From an uncultured delta proteobacterium (lineage in GTDB: Bacteria; Desulfobacterota; RBG-13-43-22), in NCBI GenBank assembly GCA_963802945.1, contig CAWDKY010000029.1, forward strand, positions 211,936-275,935: a DNA stretch of 64,000 nt. The letters are read 5' to 3'. Positions 10,858-21,128 of this stretch are shown here, piece after piece. Position numbers and translations under genes: made by a program. Positions within the stretch are counted from its first letter, which is position 1. Each line of letters opens with the position of its first letter. The notes under the pieces are model-generated. The model did not search any database, had not been told where the DNA came from, and was given only the letters and a program-made list of their open reading frames with translations.

Positions 10858-10971
10858 GGATTGCTGTAGTTCATTTTAAGGTTAAGGACTAATCGATTTA
10901 AGGGGTTAGTAAAAAAGCCATTTTTGATACTTGAACCCTCAAGTCATCGGCTTGGGTTGAGTTCGTTAAAT

Positions 10972-11439
10972 TTAATATCTGAAAATTTGGAGGCGGGTCT
11001 GAATAAAAACCAGGTATAGATCCCTCCAAAGGGACCATGATTTTTTTATTTGTTTGGTGATTTCCGGCAATTGGTCGGGGTGAATTACTAAATTGACGCT
11101 ATAAGAAAAGGCGGACAACATGTCTCCGGATTTGATATTTGTGCCGACCCAGACCACAAAAGTTTCTCTTCTTTGGCTCGTGGGCATATTTTGAATATAT
11201 TCCAGCAAGGGGTTTGGTTGGGAATTTTTGCTACCAAAATCCTCTGCCAGTATAAAAAATTCAGGTTGTTCAAATTGAAGGACAGGAAGCACCTCCTCCA
11301 CTTTGTTGACTAATAAAGGGTGTCCTCCTTCTTTACGGATGGCATTGACCAAAGGTTCAACCCCTGGGGATTGACCAGCGATTAATACCGTTCGATCGGA
11401 CAAAGGGTTATTTTCAGATGCTGTCCATAATAGGCCCAT
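10972..11439 (-). CDS. Hypothetical protein, degenerate receiver-like alpha/beta fold
   Basis: Directly downstream of the pilT paralog; alternating beta/alpha pattern (TVLIAG, EFFILAEDF, FVVWVG). Confidence 0.65.
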   Translation of the reverse strand: MGLLWTASENNPLSDRTVLIAGQSPGVEPLVNAIRKEGGHPLLVNKVEEVLPVLQFEQPEFFILAEDFGSKNSQPNPLLEYIQNMPTSQRRETFVVWVGTNIKSGDMLSAFSYSVNLVIHPDQLPEITKQIKKSWSLWRDLYLVFIQTRLQIFRY

Positions 11440-11466
11440 GAAGTTATTCTTCCTGATTCGTGAAAA

Positions 11467-12627
11467 TTATTTTCGATATTCCTGATCCAAGGCAAGATCT
11501 TCGATATCGGTTGTTTTTTCACCTCGACGGCTTTTAATCTGATCAATACCCCTTTGGGTGATGGCCCGCCTTGAGGCATAGAGTACAGCCGTTTCTTCGG
11601 AAATAAGATTTTGATTAAATTTAGAAAGAATATCTTGATCAAAGGTTTGACATCCAAAGGGCTGGCTGGTCTTCATAATTTCATAAAAGGTTTTATCTTC
11701 CGATTCTCCGTGCAAGATGAGATCTTGAACCCGAAGATTATTGATCATGACTTCAAAAACAGCCACACGACCCAGATCGATCCGAGGCAGGAGTTTTTGG
11801 CTGACTATCCAACGAAGGGCGCCGGACAGACGGATCCGAATCTGCCTTTCCTCCTCCTGGTCGAAAAAACCTAAAATACGGTTCAAGGTCTGAGTGGCAT
11901 CGATCGTATGAAGGGTGCTGAGAACCAGATGACCGGTTTCGGCGGCGTTTAAAGCGATTTCCATGGTCTCTCGGTCTCTGATTTCTCCCACCAGGATGAC
12001 CTTGGGTGCCTGCCGCAAGGCCGCCCGCAGTCCATGGGCAAACGTGTCAAAATCAGTACCTAATTCCCGTTGATTAAAAGTAGCCTTTTTGTGGGAATGA
12101 ACCAGTTCCACGGGATCTTCCAGAGTGATAACATGCACCGGCTCATTTTCATTGATTTCGTCGAGTATGGCCCCCAAGGAAGTGGTTTTTCCAGCTCCAG
12201 TCGCACCGGTAAAAAGGATAATTCCGTTTTTCTCGCGGGCCATTTTTTTAAAAACCAAAGGAAGGCTTAATTTCTCAATCGTGGGAGTTTCGACCGGAAG
12301 TTTGCGCATAACAATACTGTAATTATTTTTTTGTGAAAAAATACTGACCCGGAAGCGCACTTTATCGTGGATGGCGTGAGAAAGGTCGCAAGAACCTTCT
12401 TTAAGCAGGGTTTCAATTTTTTGTCGGTCCGAACGCAGAAGATTCAAGGCTATAACTTCAGTTTGAAAAGGGGTTAAGACTTGAGTTGATAAATGCAATT
12501 GAACCGGCACGAGTTTGCCGTAGACTTCCACCTGGAATGGACGCCCAACCGTTAAGTTGATATCCGATATCTGGGGGTAATTTTCTACAATCTTGGATAG
12601 AATGAAATCAAGTTCTGCAAGACGCAT
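11467..12627 (-). CDS. PilT/PilU-family retraction ATPase (second paralog)
   Basis: GATGAGKTT, TLEDPVE, ALRQAPKVILVGEIRD, GCQTFDQ; lacks the AIRNLIRE motif. Confidence 0.9.
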   Translation of the reverse strand: MRLAELDFILSKIVENYPQISDINLTVGRPFQVEVYGKLVPVQLHLSTQVLTPFQTEVIALNLLRSDRQKIETLLKEGSCDLSHAIHDKVRFRVSIFSQKNNYSIVMRKLPVETPTIEKLSLPLVFKKMAREKNGIILFTGATGAGKTTSLGAILDEINENEPVHVITLEDPVELVHSHKKATFNQRELGTDFDTFAHGLRAALRQAPKVILVGEIRDRETMEIALNAAETGHLVLSTLHTIDATQTLNRILGFFDQEEERQIRIRLSGALRWIVSQKLLPRIDLGRVAVFEVMINNLRVQDLILHGESEDKTFYEIMKTSQPFGCQTFDQDILSKFNQNLISEETAVLYASRRAITQRGIDQIKSRRGEKTTDIEDLALDQEYRK

Positions 12628-12736
12628 GGGATTGGTATTCCTTAACTACGATGCCCGATACAGGATGCACGATGGCTAAAGGACGAAAGAAGGACGAACC
12701 TCTGTTCCTCGTTCTTTTTACCTCATGGCTCTCCGA

Positions 12737-13819
12737 TTATACTTCCGTAAAGTCGGTGCTTAAATCTTTCGCATAGGATTTGAATTTTTCTTTGTCAATA
12801 CATTTATTATAGGCTTCTTCTCCGGAAATCCACCCTTTTTTTAAATAATTGAAAATAGCATCATCCAAAGATTGCATGCCGTATTTTTTCCCTGTTTGAA
12901 TAACCGATGGAATTTGATATGTTTTCCCTTCACGGATCAAATTACGTACAGCATAGGTGGCGATCAGGATTTCTAACGCGGCTACCCGACCTTTTTGGTC
13001 GATTCTTTTGAAGAGGGTCTGGGAGATAACGGCTCGCAGAGCATCGGCCAACGTAGCCCGAATCTGGGACTGCTGATCAGCCGGAAAGACTTCAATAATC
13101 CGATCAACGGTCTTGGAGGCACTTATGGTATGTAAGGTGGCAAAGACCAGATGGCCGGTTTCCGCCGCTTCAATGGCCAGAGAAACCGTTTCCAGGTCTC
13201 TCATTTCCCCAACTAGAATAATGTCCGGGTCTTCCCTCAAGGCCCCTCTGAGGGCTGTGGCAAAAGATCGGGTATGACGCCCGATTTCTCGATGATTGAT
13301 CGTGCAGTTAATATTGGGATGCACAAATTCAATAGGGTCTTCTATAGTTAAAATATGGTCCTTACGGGAACGGTTGGCATGGTCGACCACAGCCGCTAGA
13401 GTAGTTGATTTTCCGCTTCCAGTTGGACCGGTGACTAGGATTAATCCTTTGGGCAGCAAGGCCAATCGCTTGATGACCTTAGGGAGTCCCAGTTCCTCTA
13501 CGGTAGCGATTTTACTTGGAATTTCCCGAAAGACCGCACCCACCCCATAAAGTTGGCGGAAGAAGTTGGCTCTGTATCTGGCTAATCCGGGGATTTCATA
13601 AGCGAAATCCAAGTCCCCTGTCTCTTCAAATTGTTTGATTTTTTCCTCTGGGGTAATTTCATAGAGGAGGGCTTTTAGATCGTCATTCTCCAGGACACTA
13701 TATTTGATCCGTTCCAATTCTCCCCGGATTCGAAGGATCGGCTGGGAGCCAGAAGACAAATGAAGGTCTGAAGCTCCTTGGTCATGCATTAATTTAAAAA
13801 AAGCGTCTATTTGGGCCAT
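12737..13819 (-). CDS. pilT: Twitching motility retraction ATPase PilT
   Basis: ASDLHL, GPTGSGKST, ALREDPD, AVRNLIRE, GMQSLD. Confidence 0.95.
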   Translation of the reverse strand: MAQIDAFFKLMHDQGASDLHLSSGSQPILRIRGELERIKYSVLENDDLKALLYEITPEEKIKQFEETGDLDFAYEIPGLARYRANFFRQLYGVGAVFREIPSKIATVEELGLPKVIKRLALLPKGLILVTGPTGSGKSTTLAAVVDHANRSRKDHILTIEDPIEFVHPNINCTINHREIGRHTRSFATALRGALREDPDIILVGEMRDLETVSLAIEAAETGHLVFATLHTISASKTVDRIIEVFPADQQSQIRATLADALRAVISQTLFKRIDQKGRVAALEILIATYAVRNLIREGKTYQIPSVIQTGKKYGMQSLDDAIFNYLKKGWISGEEAYNKCIDKEKFKSYAKDLSTDFTEV

Positions 13820-13959
13820 GAGTCCTCTTGAAGATGATGGATAAAAGATGCCGGAGGCCGGAAGAATAATGCATGATGCATGATAAAAAAAGTTTACGAC
13901 CCACCTTCTGAATCTTGGATCATGTATCGTGTATCAGGCCTCAGGCCTCTTTTTTAGGG

Positions 13960-14298
13960 TTAACGTATCAACCAATTAATAAGCCAACTGACAATACTGA
14001 TAATCAGTGCTCCGATTACCGCAGCCCAAAAACCTTGAATCACAAATCCTTTTATCATGAAGGAAACGAACCAGAGCATGGCCCCGTTGATGATAAAGGT
14101 AAAAAGTCCTAAGGTAAGGATGTTGATCGGCAAGGTTAGAATGATCAATATGGGGCGTATAAGGGCATTCAAGATACCGAGCAGCAGGGCGGCCATGAGG
14201 ATTGCCGCCGGGCCTGAAGCTTCAATTCCCTTAACCAGATAAGTTGTGATTAAAATGGCCAGGGCATTGATGAACCACTTAAGTAAAAAAATATGCAT
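13960..14298 (-). CDS. YvlD / phage holin 4.2-like membrane protein
   Basis: LNALIRPILIILTLPINILTLGLFTFIING signature. Confidence 0.88.
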   Translation of the reverse strand: MHIFLLKWFINALAILITTYLVKGIEASGPAAILMAALLLGILNALIRPILIILTLPINILTLGLFTFIINGAMLWFVSFMIKGFVIQGFWAAVIGALIISIVSWLINWLIR

Positions 14299-14344
14299 AG
14301 TTAATAAATAACATATTTGAGTCCGAGAGTAAATTATATTTTTA

Positions 14345-14373
14345 TTGACGCCTCTACCAAAAAATACTAAAAA
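14345..14373 (+). promoter_or_regulatory. sigma70-type promoter of folD
   Basis: TTGACG-17 nt-TAAAAT. Confidence 0.6.
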
Positions 14374-14490
14374 TAAACAAGGAATCTTTTTCTTTTACCA
14401 GGAAGCTCAAAAAAAATTTGCAAATTTTGCCGAGTTTTTGATATCGGCTTTTGGTAAAGTCCATTGATTTAGATTGAAAAGGAGATCTCT

Positions 14491-15381
14491 TTGGCAGCAA
14501 GGATCATCAGCGGGACTGAGGTAGCCAAACAAATCCGGGAAGAGCTGAAACAGGAAGTAGAGAGTCAAAAGATCCAAACGGGGATTATTCCCGGATTGGT
14601 GACCATCCTAGTAGGGGAAGATCCGGCCTCGGTCAGTTATGTGACCGGGAAGCAAAAGACGGCCAAGGAATTAGGGTTCTATTCCATTCAGGACAACCAA
14701 CCGGCGGATATCAGCGAAGAAGCCTTGTTGACCCTGATCGGCCAATATAATAACAATACGAAAATTCACGGGATTCTGGTTCAGTTGCCCCTTCCTCGAA
14801 CTATTAACGAGACCAAAATTCTCTATGCCATTGATCCTAAAAAAGATGTGGATGGATGTCATCCGACCAGTCTAGGAAAATTGCTAACCGGAGAGGCCGA
14901 TTATCTGCCCTGTACACCGGCTGGGATCCAAGAGCTTTTGGTTCGTTCCGGCGTCAAAACCAAAGGGGCCGAGTTGGTAATTGTGGGACGTTCCAATCTG
15001 GTTGGGAAACCCTTGGCCAATATCATGCTGCAGAAAAAAGAAGGGGCCAATTGCACGGTGACCATCGTTCATACCGGTACGCCCCAGGAAAAAATCATCG
15101 AACACTGCCGACGCGCCGATATCCTGGTTGTGGCTGCCGGTGTAGTCAACTATGTCAAAGCCGACTGGATAAAAGAAGGAGCTGCGGTTATTGACGTGGG
15201 TGTTACCAGAATCGGGATGAGTGAATCAGGGAAGGCTATTCTGGCCGGAGATGTTGATTTTGAAAAGGTAAAGGAGAAGGCCGGGTTAATTACCCCGGTG
15301 CCTGGCGGAGTGGGACCAATGACCATCACCATGTTGATGAAAAATACGGTCAAAGCCGCCAAGTTGTCCGCTGGGAAATAA
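14491..15381 (+). CDS. folD: Methylenetetrahydrofolate dehydrogenase/cyclohydrolase
   Basis: GILVQLPLP, KDVDG, PCTP, GRSNLVGKP, TPVPGGVGPMT. Confidence 0.96.
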   Translation: MAARIISGTEVAKQIREELKQEVESQKIQTGIIPGLVTILVGEDPASVSYVTGKQKTAKELGFYSIQDNQPADISEEALLTLIGQYNNNTKIHGILVQLPLPRTINETKILYAIDPKKDVDGCHPTSLGKLLTGEADYLPCTPAGIQELLVRSGVKTKGAELVIVGRSNLVGKPLANIMLQKKEGANCTVTIVHTGTPQEKIIEHCRRADILVVAAGVVNYVKADWIKEGAAVIDVGVTRIGMSESGKAILAGDVDFEKVKEKAGLITPVPGGVGPMTITMLMKNTVKAAKLSAGK

Positions 15382-15457
15382 ATTAAGTTACGGATTGCGG
15401 GTTCCGAGTTTTAATCGTTTTAACACAAAACAGATAACCCGAAATTCAAAACAGCTT

Positions 15458-15500
15458 TTAACCGCTTGGATCCAAGTGTTGGACTGGGACGGGGAATCGG
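15458..15500 (+). promoter_or_regulatory. pan RNA motif-like leader hairpin upstream of panB
   Basis: TAACCGCTTGGATCC...GGGACGGGGAA bulged stem 5' of panB, followed by a terminator; family call from recalled consensus. Confidence 0.65.
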
Positions 15501-15510
15501 AATTTAGAAG

Positions 15511-15541
15511 ACCCCTGGACTATGTCCGGGGGCTTTTTTTT
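15511..15541 (+). terminator. Intrinsic terminator/attenuator in the panB leader
   Basis: CCCCTGGAC-TAT-GTCCGGGG stem followed by T8. Confidence 0.8.
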
Positions 15542-15605
15542 AAACGACCCCCAAAGGAGAACTTCGAAAATAAAACGGTGTTACGAATTGAAGAAGGAGG
15601 GAGTT

Positions 15606-16475
15606 ATGGAAAGAAAAAAGGTGATGATTCAAGATTTACTGGCCAAAAAGAAAGAAGGAAAAAAAATAACCATGTTGACCGCCTATGATTTTGCTATAGC
15701 CTCTTTTATTGATCAGGTGGGAATAGATATGATTCTTGTTGGTGATACGCTAGGTATGGTGGTTTTAGGATATGATTCTACTGTACCGGTAACCATGGAG
15801 GAGATGATTCATCACTGCAAGGCCGTCCGTAGAGGGTTGAGCTATGCCTATATGATAGGAGACATGCCATTTATGTCTTATAACATCTCCAAGGAAGAGG
15901 CCATCAGAAATGCCGGAAGGTTTTTGAAAGAGGCCGGGTGTGATGCGGTGAAATTGGAAGGTGGACTGGAGGTGGCCGAAACCGTCAGAGCTATTGTTCT
16001 GGCCGGAATTCCTGTTATGGCTCATATCGGACTGACCCCTCAGACCGCAGGTCAATTAGGGGGTTTCAAAGTCCAGGGAAAGGATGCGGCCTCGGCCCAG
16101 CGTCTGCTGGATTCTGCCTTGGCCCTGGAAGAGGCCGGGGCTAATTCCATCGTTTTGGAATGTATTCCCGATAAGCTGGCCGGTTTGATTTCCAAATCCT
16201 TAAGAATTCCCACCATAGGAATCGGTGCCGGCCTGGAATGTGACGGCCAAGTTTTGGTCACCAACGATCTGTTAGGGATGTTTGAAAGATTTACGCCAAA
16301 ATTTGTTAAACAATACATTAAATTATTCCCCATGATTAAAGAAGCGGTTGAGGCCTATAAAAAAGACGTAGAGGCAGGAAAATTTCCAGGACCGGAACAT
16401 TCCTTTGTTATGGAAGCCAAGGAATTGAGTCGAATTAAGGTGAATAAAAAAGGGGAAGATGCCGTTTGGATTTAA
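15606..16475 (+). CDS. panB: 3-methyl-2-oxobutanoate hydroxymethyltransferase
   Basis: MLTAYD, LVGDTLGM, DMPFMSY, VKLEGG, HIGLTPQ; SD AGGAGG at 15595. Confidence 0.96.
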   Translation: MERKKVMIQDLLAKKKEGKKITMLTAYDFAIASFIDQVGIDMILVGDTLGMVVLGYDSTVPVTMEEMIHHCKAVRRGLSYAYMIGDMPFMSYNISKEEAIRNAGRFLKEAGCDAVKLEGGLEVAETVRAIVLAGIPVMAHIGLTPQTAGQLGGFKVQGKDAASAQRLLDSALALEEAGANSIVLECIPDKLAGLISKSLRIPTIGIGAGLECDGQVLVTNDLLGMFERFTPKFVKQYIKLFPMIKEAVEAYKKDVEAGKFPGPEHSFVMEAKELSRIKVNKKGEDAVWI

Positions 16476-16530
16476 TACTTGGGGCCTTCAAAAAGTCTTA
16501 TATCTGTAAAAAAATAACGGAGTAAAAACA

Positions 16531-17481
16531 ATGAAAACCGCTGTTGTCGGTCCAGGGGCCATGGGTTGTCTTTTGGCTGGGAAGATAGCTCTTGCCGGTA
16601 ACGAATGTATCCTGTTAGATATCATCCCGGAGCGGGTCGAAATCATCAACCACCGGGGTTTGATCATAGAAGGGATCCAGGGATCTTTTCAAGTCAAAGT
16701 CCCAGCCACATTAAACCCTGTGGATCTGTTGCCGACAGAATTGATACTAGTCTGTGTCAAGGCCTATGATACCCAAATTGTGGCCCAAGTCCTTCAAGGC
16801 ATTGGTTCGAATGCTTATGTTTTGACCCTCCAAAACGGTGTGGGCAATGTGGAAACCCTGGGTGAATATCTTCCCAAAGAAAAAATTATCGGCGGAATTA
16901 CCTCACACGGGGCTACCGAACTGGGCTCGGGTCGGGTGCGCCACGCCGGGCAGGGGGATACCTTTATCGGGTATGGATTCTCGAAAGGCGAAGGTGATCC
17001 GTCTCAAGACCCTCAATTAAAAAAAATTAAATCGCTGTTGACCAAAGCCGGTTTTGTCACCCAACTGGTGTCCAAGGTTGAAAACCTGATCTGGAGCAAA
17101 CTGTTGATCAATGTCGGGATCAATGCCCTGACGGCCCTGACTCGTTTGCCGAATGGGAAACTGATTGATTCTCCGGGTGCGAAGGAAATCTTGGATGAGG
17201 CCGTTCAAGAGGGTATCCGGATTGGAAAAAAGAAAGGGATTGAATTCATCTATGCCGATCCTTCCGCCCAGGTCAAAAAAGTCTGTCAATTCACCAGTGC
17301 CAATATTTCTTCCATGCTCCAGGATGTCCTAAAAAAGAAAAGGACGGAAATTGATTTTATCAACGGAGTGATTATGCGTGAAGGTCAGCGTTTTGGGATT
17401 CCGGTGCCTGTTAATTCTCTGCTGACGCGTTTGGTAAAAACGATTGAAGAATCGTATGAGCAGACGGTAAGTGAGGAATGA
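16531..17481 (+). CDS. panE: 2-dehydropantoate 2-reductase
   Basis: GPGAMG, VKAYD, LQNGVG, WSKLLIN, SSMLQD..TEIDFING. Confidence 0.93.
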   Translation: MKTAVVGPGAMGCLLAGKIALAGNECILLDIIPERVEIINHRGLIIEGIQGSFQVKVPATLNPVDLLPTELILVCVKAYDTQIVAQVLQGIGSNAYVLTLQNGVGNVETLGEYLPKEKIIGGITSHGATELGSGRVRHAGQGDTFIGYGFSKGEGDPSQDPQLKKIKSLLTKAGFVTQLVSKVENLIWSKLLINVGINALTALTRLPNGKLIDSPGAKEILDEAVQEGIRIGKKKGIEFIYADPSAQVKKVCQFTSANISSMLQDVLKKKRTEIDFINGVIMREGQRFGIPVPVNSLLTRLVKTIEESYEQTVSEE

Positions 17482-17564
17482 TGGATAACCTCGGATTCCG
17501 GATTTAGGAATGAAAGAATGACGAAGGACGGTTTTTCCCCCTCCCTCCTCTCAGCCTTCAGGTA

Positions 17565-17687
17565 TCAGGCTTGAGGGGCGGTCGTTGCTTCTCTGATCGT
17601 TTTGGCGGCTAACTTTTTTCGTTTTTCTCTGCGCTGTCGTCTCCGTTCAATTTCTCTGACTCTTTCAATTTTTTTATGTTTTGCCAA
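17565..17687 (-). CDS. 40-aa highly basic small protein (MAKHKKIERVREIERRRQRREKRKKLAAKTIREATTAPQA), below the ORF-track cutoff
   Basis: Hand-translated; TTG start preceded by a GGGGTGA SD; TGA at 17565-17567. Confidence 0.6.
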   Translation of the reverse strand: MAKHKKIERVREIERRRQRREKRKKLAAKTIREATTAPQA

Positions 17688-18250
17688 ATCATCACCCCGC
17701 TTTCATCTAGCGATACAAACATTCAGACTTCAAAGATACTTTTCCCCTTTGCACTTTATGGGTTGAGTAATAAATATCTTTTAAATTTATTATCTATTAT
17801 GGAAGCAATCAGAGATTCTGTCAAGTCTCATGTTTTTTGCCTCGCTTAGAGCGCCTCGTTAATAAAGCAAGAGGGCAAGGCAAATAAGAAAATCGATTTT
17901 TTCATGGGAGGCCTCTACCTTGCATTCCCTGGAAATTAATAAGATCATTCCTTATCTCCTTCCTTGTTTCGTATTTCCTTGATAGGGAGGATTAAGGGAG
18001 GAGGGGGAGGCTGCACATTAATAGATTAATGATCTCTTCGAAAAGGCAATGAAACCCGTGCTTCCCCCAATTTTAATTCTGCATATAGACTAAGATTATC
18101 AAATCAATACCTCAGAAACTGGGCATTCTAAATTCATCTCTTAAAGTGAATGACCCCGAACAGTATTAAAAAGTAAAGATTTCGAAACACCGTCTTCCTT
18201 GAATCCGAAAAGATAGAAGAAAAACGCCGGGAGACCTTCACGGTTTGTCT

Positions 18251-18801
18251 TTACAGCTTTCCTTCCCGGATAAACCTGGCCCCTTCCTCCAGTGCGGCCG
18301 TATTGATGGGAATCATCTTGTGGTAACGCTTATCCATGACCCGCTTGAAGGCTTTCACCACGGCCTCCTGTGAGATAGCCTTGGTTTCTTCGATCATGGC
18401 CCCCATCATGGCCATATTGGCCAATCGCTGATCTCCGACCTGGGCGGCCAGCTCGATGGTTGGCACCATAATCATCTTGGCATCCGGTTTTTCAAAATCC
18501 TGGACGTCAATCAAGGAAGAGTTAACAAAAAGCCATCCACCAGGCTGGACCATCGGCCCGAACCTCAATAAAGACGGCTTATTCATGATCACCTCGGTTA
18601 TTGGGTGATGAATGACCGGGGAACCGATCTCTTCATCGGATATAACCACCGTACAATTGGCCGTTCCCCGCGCATCTCCACGCCATATACGGGCATATAG
18701 GTGACATGACGGCCTTCTTCCATGGCCGCATAAGTCAGCAGGTTGCCGAGCAACAGAACCCCCTGTCCTCCAAAACCGGCGAAGATAACATCGAAATACA
18801 T
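18251..18801 (-). CDS. 2-oxoacid:ferredoxin oxidoreductase gamma subunit (1-nt frameshift in a G run near 18667)
   Basis: AGFGGQGVL, PVYGVEMRG(GTANC)TVVISDEEIGSP; split over two ORFs. Confidence 0.9.
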
Positions 18802-18828
18802 GATTAAACTCCTGAGGCTGTTAGCTGC

Positions 18829-19120
18829 TAGCAATCAGCTTTCAGCTTTTTAATAAATGAAGATAATATCTTTTTTACTTCAATTAATTCTTGGTTCAGT
18901 TCGTTATAATCCAAGTTAGTTAAAAACCCAAATCATGAGCAAGTAATAGATGACGGCTTCGTTAAAAGCGGGATATGTCCCTTGGTGTCATTCCGGCGAA
19001 AGCCGGAATCCAGAATTAACAATTAGTTACAATTTTCCTGGACCTCGATTTTCACCGGGGTGACGACTTTTTACGGTTTCATCATAGATGATATTCCAGT
19101 TCATTAAAATTTTTCAAATG
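18829..19120 (-). pseudogene. Remnant of a four-helix-bundle (23S rRNA IVP-like) gene, internally deleted and interrupted by a MITE
   Basis: Removing 18951-19088 gives NELEYHLLLAHDLGF/LTNLDYNELNQELIEVKKILSSFIKKLKADC*; flanked by inverted GCTGAAA-type heptamers. Confidence 0.75.
18951..19084. mobile_element. MITE with imperfect TIRs and an internal GTCATTCCGGCGAAAGCCGGAATCCAG palindromic unit
   Basis: Ends TGACGGCTTCGTTAAAAG / CTTTTTACGGTTTCATCA; TAGA direct repeat at 18947-18950 and 19085-19088. Confidence 0.75.
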
Positions 19121-19143
19121 GCCAACTCGCTGACTGCTGATCG

Positions 19144-19893
19144 CTAATTGCTTCCTAGCTGTTTTTCCTTAAAAATTCCCAACGGATAATAGGGGATCAT
19201 TTCATCGTGGACCCGCTGGCAGGCCTGTTCCGGGGTCATCTTCCAGTTGGTGGGACAGGCCGATAGAAATTCCACAAAGGAAAAGCCTTCTTTCCGAATC
19301 TGAACCTCAAAGGCTTTTTTCAGCATTTTTTTGGCCTGCATGAGATTCCTGGGTGTGTTGACCGCGGCCCGGGCGGAAAAGGACGTTCCATCGATCCCCG
19401 CTAGAAGTTCAGCCATTCGGACCGGATATCCTTCCCTCATGACTTCCCGGCCGAAAGGGGAAGTGGTGGTCGTCTGTCCCAACATCGTGGTCGGGGCCAT
19501 CTGTCCTCCGGTCATCCCATAAACGGTATTGTTGACAAAAATGATGGTAATATTTTCTCCCCGATGGGCGGTATGGATGCCTTCGGCAATGCCCAGTGCG
19601 GCCAGGTCTCCGTCCCCCTGGTAAGTAAAGACAAAGTTATCCGGCAAGGCCCTTTTGATCCCCGTGGCCACGGCTGCTGCCCGTCCATGAGGGGACTCAC
19701 AGACATCCACTGCAAAATAATCATACATAAAAACCGAACAGCCCACCGAAGCGGCGCAGATGGTTTTTTCCTGCAGATCATAAGCATCGATACATTCAGC
19801 CACCAGACGATGGATGATCCCATGATGACATCCGGGGCAAAAATGAAAAGGCACATCGATTAAACACTTTGGACGTTGAAATACCTGCTTCAT
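19144..19893 (-). CDS. 2-oxoacid:ferredoxin oxidoreductase beta (TPP-binding) subunit, Vor-type
   Basis: [46 protein letters not shown]. Confidence 0.93.
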   Translation of the reverse strand: MKQVFQRPKCLIDVPFHFCPGCHHGIIHRLVAECIDAYDLQEKTICAASVGCSVFMYDYFAVDVCESPHGRAAAVATGIKRALPDNFVFTYQGDGDLAALGIAEGIHTAHRGENITIIFVNNTVYGMTGGQMAPTTMLGQTTTTSPFGREVMREGYPVRMAELLAGIDGTSFSARAAVNTPRNLMQAKKMLKKAFEVQIRKEGFSFVEFLSACPTNWKMTPEQACQRVHDEMIPYYPLGIFKEKQLGSN

Positions 19894-19898
19894 ATTGT

Positions 19899-20951
19899 TC
19901 ACCGATACACTTTCTTGATCTCATCAAACAATTCATTGGGCGTTGGAATCGAACCGGGCGGCCGGCCATAAAAATCCACCCCGGCCCCTTTATCCACCGA
20001 CAACTTTACATCCTCAACCATCTGGCCGGTATTGAGTTCGACCACAAAAAACTGATTAATCCTTTGGGACAGCTGTTTCAAGGCGTCTTCCGGATAAGGG
20101 TAAAGGGTCTTGGGACGAAAAAGTCCGACCTTCATGCCCTGGTCCCTGGCCATTTTAATGGAAGATTTAATGATGCGGGCCACAGATCCAAAAGAAACCA
20201 CGATCATATCGGCATCTTCGATCTGATAGGTATCATAGAGTATCTCAGCCTTCATCTGCTGATACTTTTTGAAAAGCTTCCAGTTGTGCTCGGTCAAATC
20301 CCCTTCATTCAAATAAAGGCTTTTTAAAAATCTGGGTTTTCTGCCCTTGGCCCCGGTCAATATCCAGGACCTGTCGAATTTCTCGGGTTTATGGGTTCGC
20401 ATGACAATAGGCTCTTTCATTTGTCCCAACAGGGCATCCCCCAGGATCACCACCGGATTTCGGTATTTTTCGGCCAGATCAAAGGCCAATATGGTCAGGT
20501 CATAATTTTCCTGGATGGAAAATGGGGCCAGAACGATTGTCCGGTAATCCCCATGTCCTCCGCCCCGGGTGGCCTGAAAATAATCCCCCTGAGAGGGCGA
20601 AATCCCGCCCAAGCCGGGACCGCTGCGGCTCATGTTGACGATGACCCCCGGGATCTCAGACCCGGCCAAGTAGGATATCCCTTCCTGTTTTAAGGAAATC
20701 CCCGGACTGGAAGAAGAGGTCATAGCCCTGCCTCCGGTGGCCCCCACACCCAAGAGCATATTGATAGAGGCGATTTCACTTTCGGCCTGAATAAAAACCC
20801 CACCCACTTCCGGCAGGTGTTTGGACAAATATTCCGGGATTTCATTTTGGGGTGTGATGGGATATCCGAAATAAAATTTACAGCCGGCGGCTATGGCCCC
20901 CCTGGCAATGGCCTCGTTTCCATTCACTAATTCAATTTTGGGGTTTGACAT
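19899..20951 (-). CDS. vorB: 2-oxoacid:ferredoxin oxidoreductase alpha subunit (VorB-like)
   Basis: [40 protein letters not shown]. Confidence 0.9.
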   Translation of the reverse strand: MSNPKIELVNGNEAIARGAIAAGCKFYFGYPITPQNEIPEYLSKHLPEVGGVFIQAESEIASINMLLGVGATGGRAMTSSSSPGISLKQEGISYLAGSEIPGVIVNMSRSGPGLGGISPSQGDYFQATRGGGHGDYRTIVLAPFSIQENYDLTILAFDLAEKYRNPVVILGDALLGQMKEPIVMRTHKPEKFDRSWILTGAKGRKPRFLKSLYLNEGDLTEHNWKLFKKYQQMKAEILYDTYQIEDADMIVVSFGSVARIIKSSIKMARDQGMKVGLFRPKTLYPYPEDALKQLSQRINQFFVVELNTGQMVEDVKLSVDKGAGVDFYGRPPGSIPTPNELFDEIKKVYR

Positions 20952-20994
20952 AACAACTCCTTTATCTTTTTAAACCAAAATCTCTTCAAGCCGA

Positions 20995-21125
20995 TTAAAC
21001 GGTTCCGGTGCAAGGTGTCCTCATTTCAAGGCAAGAGGAAGGCTTTGAAATTCGCTGAATGAGGAGGAATTAGGCCGATCCCGCTCAAAGCGGGAGAGAT
21101 GGGCGTTTTCGACCAACCTGTTTAA
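20995..21125. repeat. Degenerate inverted copy of the 44672-44798 MITE family
   Basis: Reverse complement AACAGGTTGGTCGAAAACGCCCATCT matches AACAGGTTGCTGAAAAAGGCCCATCT; GGACACCTTGCA matches GGACGCCTTGTA. Confidence 0.6.
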
Positions 21126-21128
21126 CCT

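Noticed and set aside
13960-14298. Holin-like gene as evidence of a prophage
   Set aside because: No other phage genes nearby; this family is commonly chromosomal
17940-18012. Pyrimidine/purine-skewed stretch resembling a CCCTCCC...GGGAGGG palindromic repeat
   Set aside because: Too degenerate, and a single copy in the window
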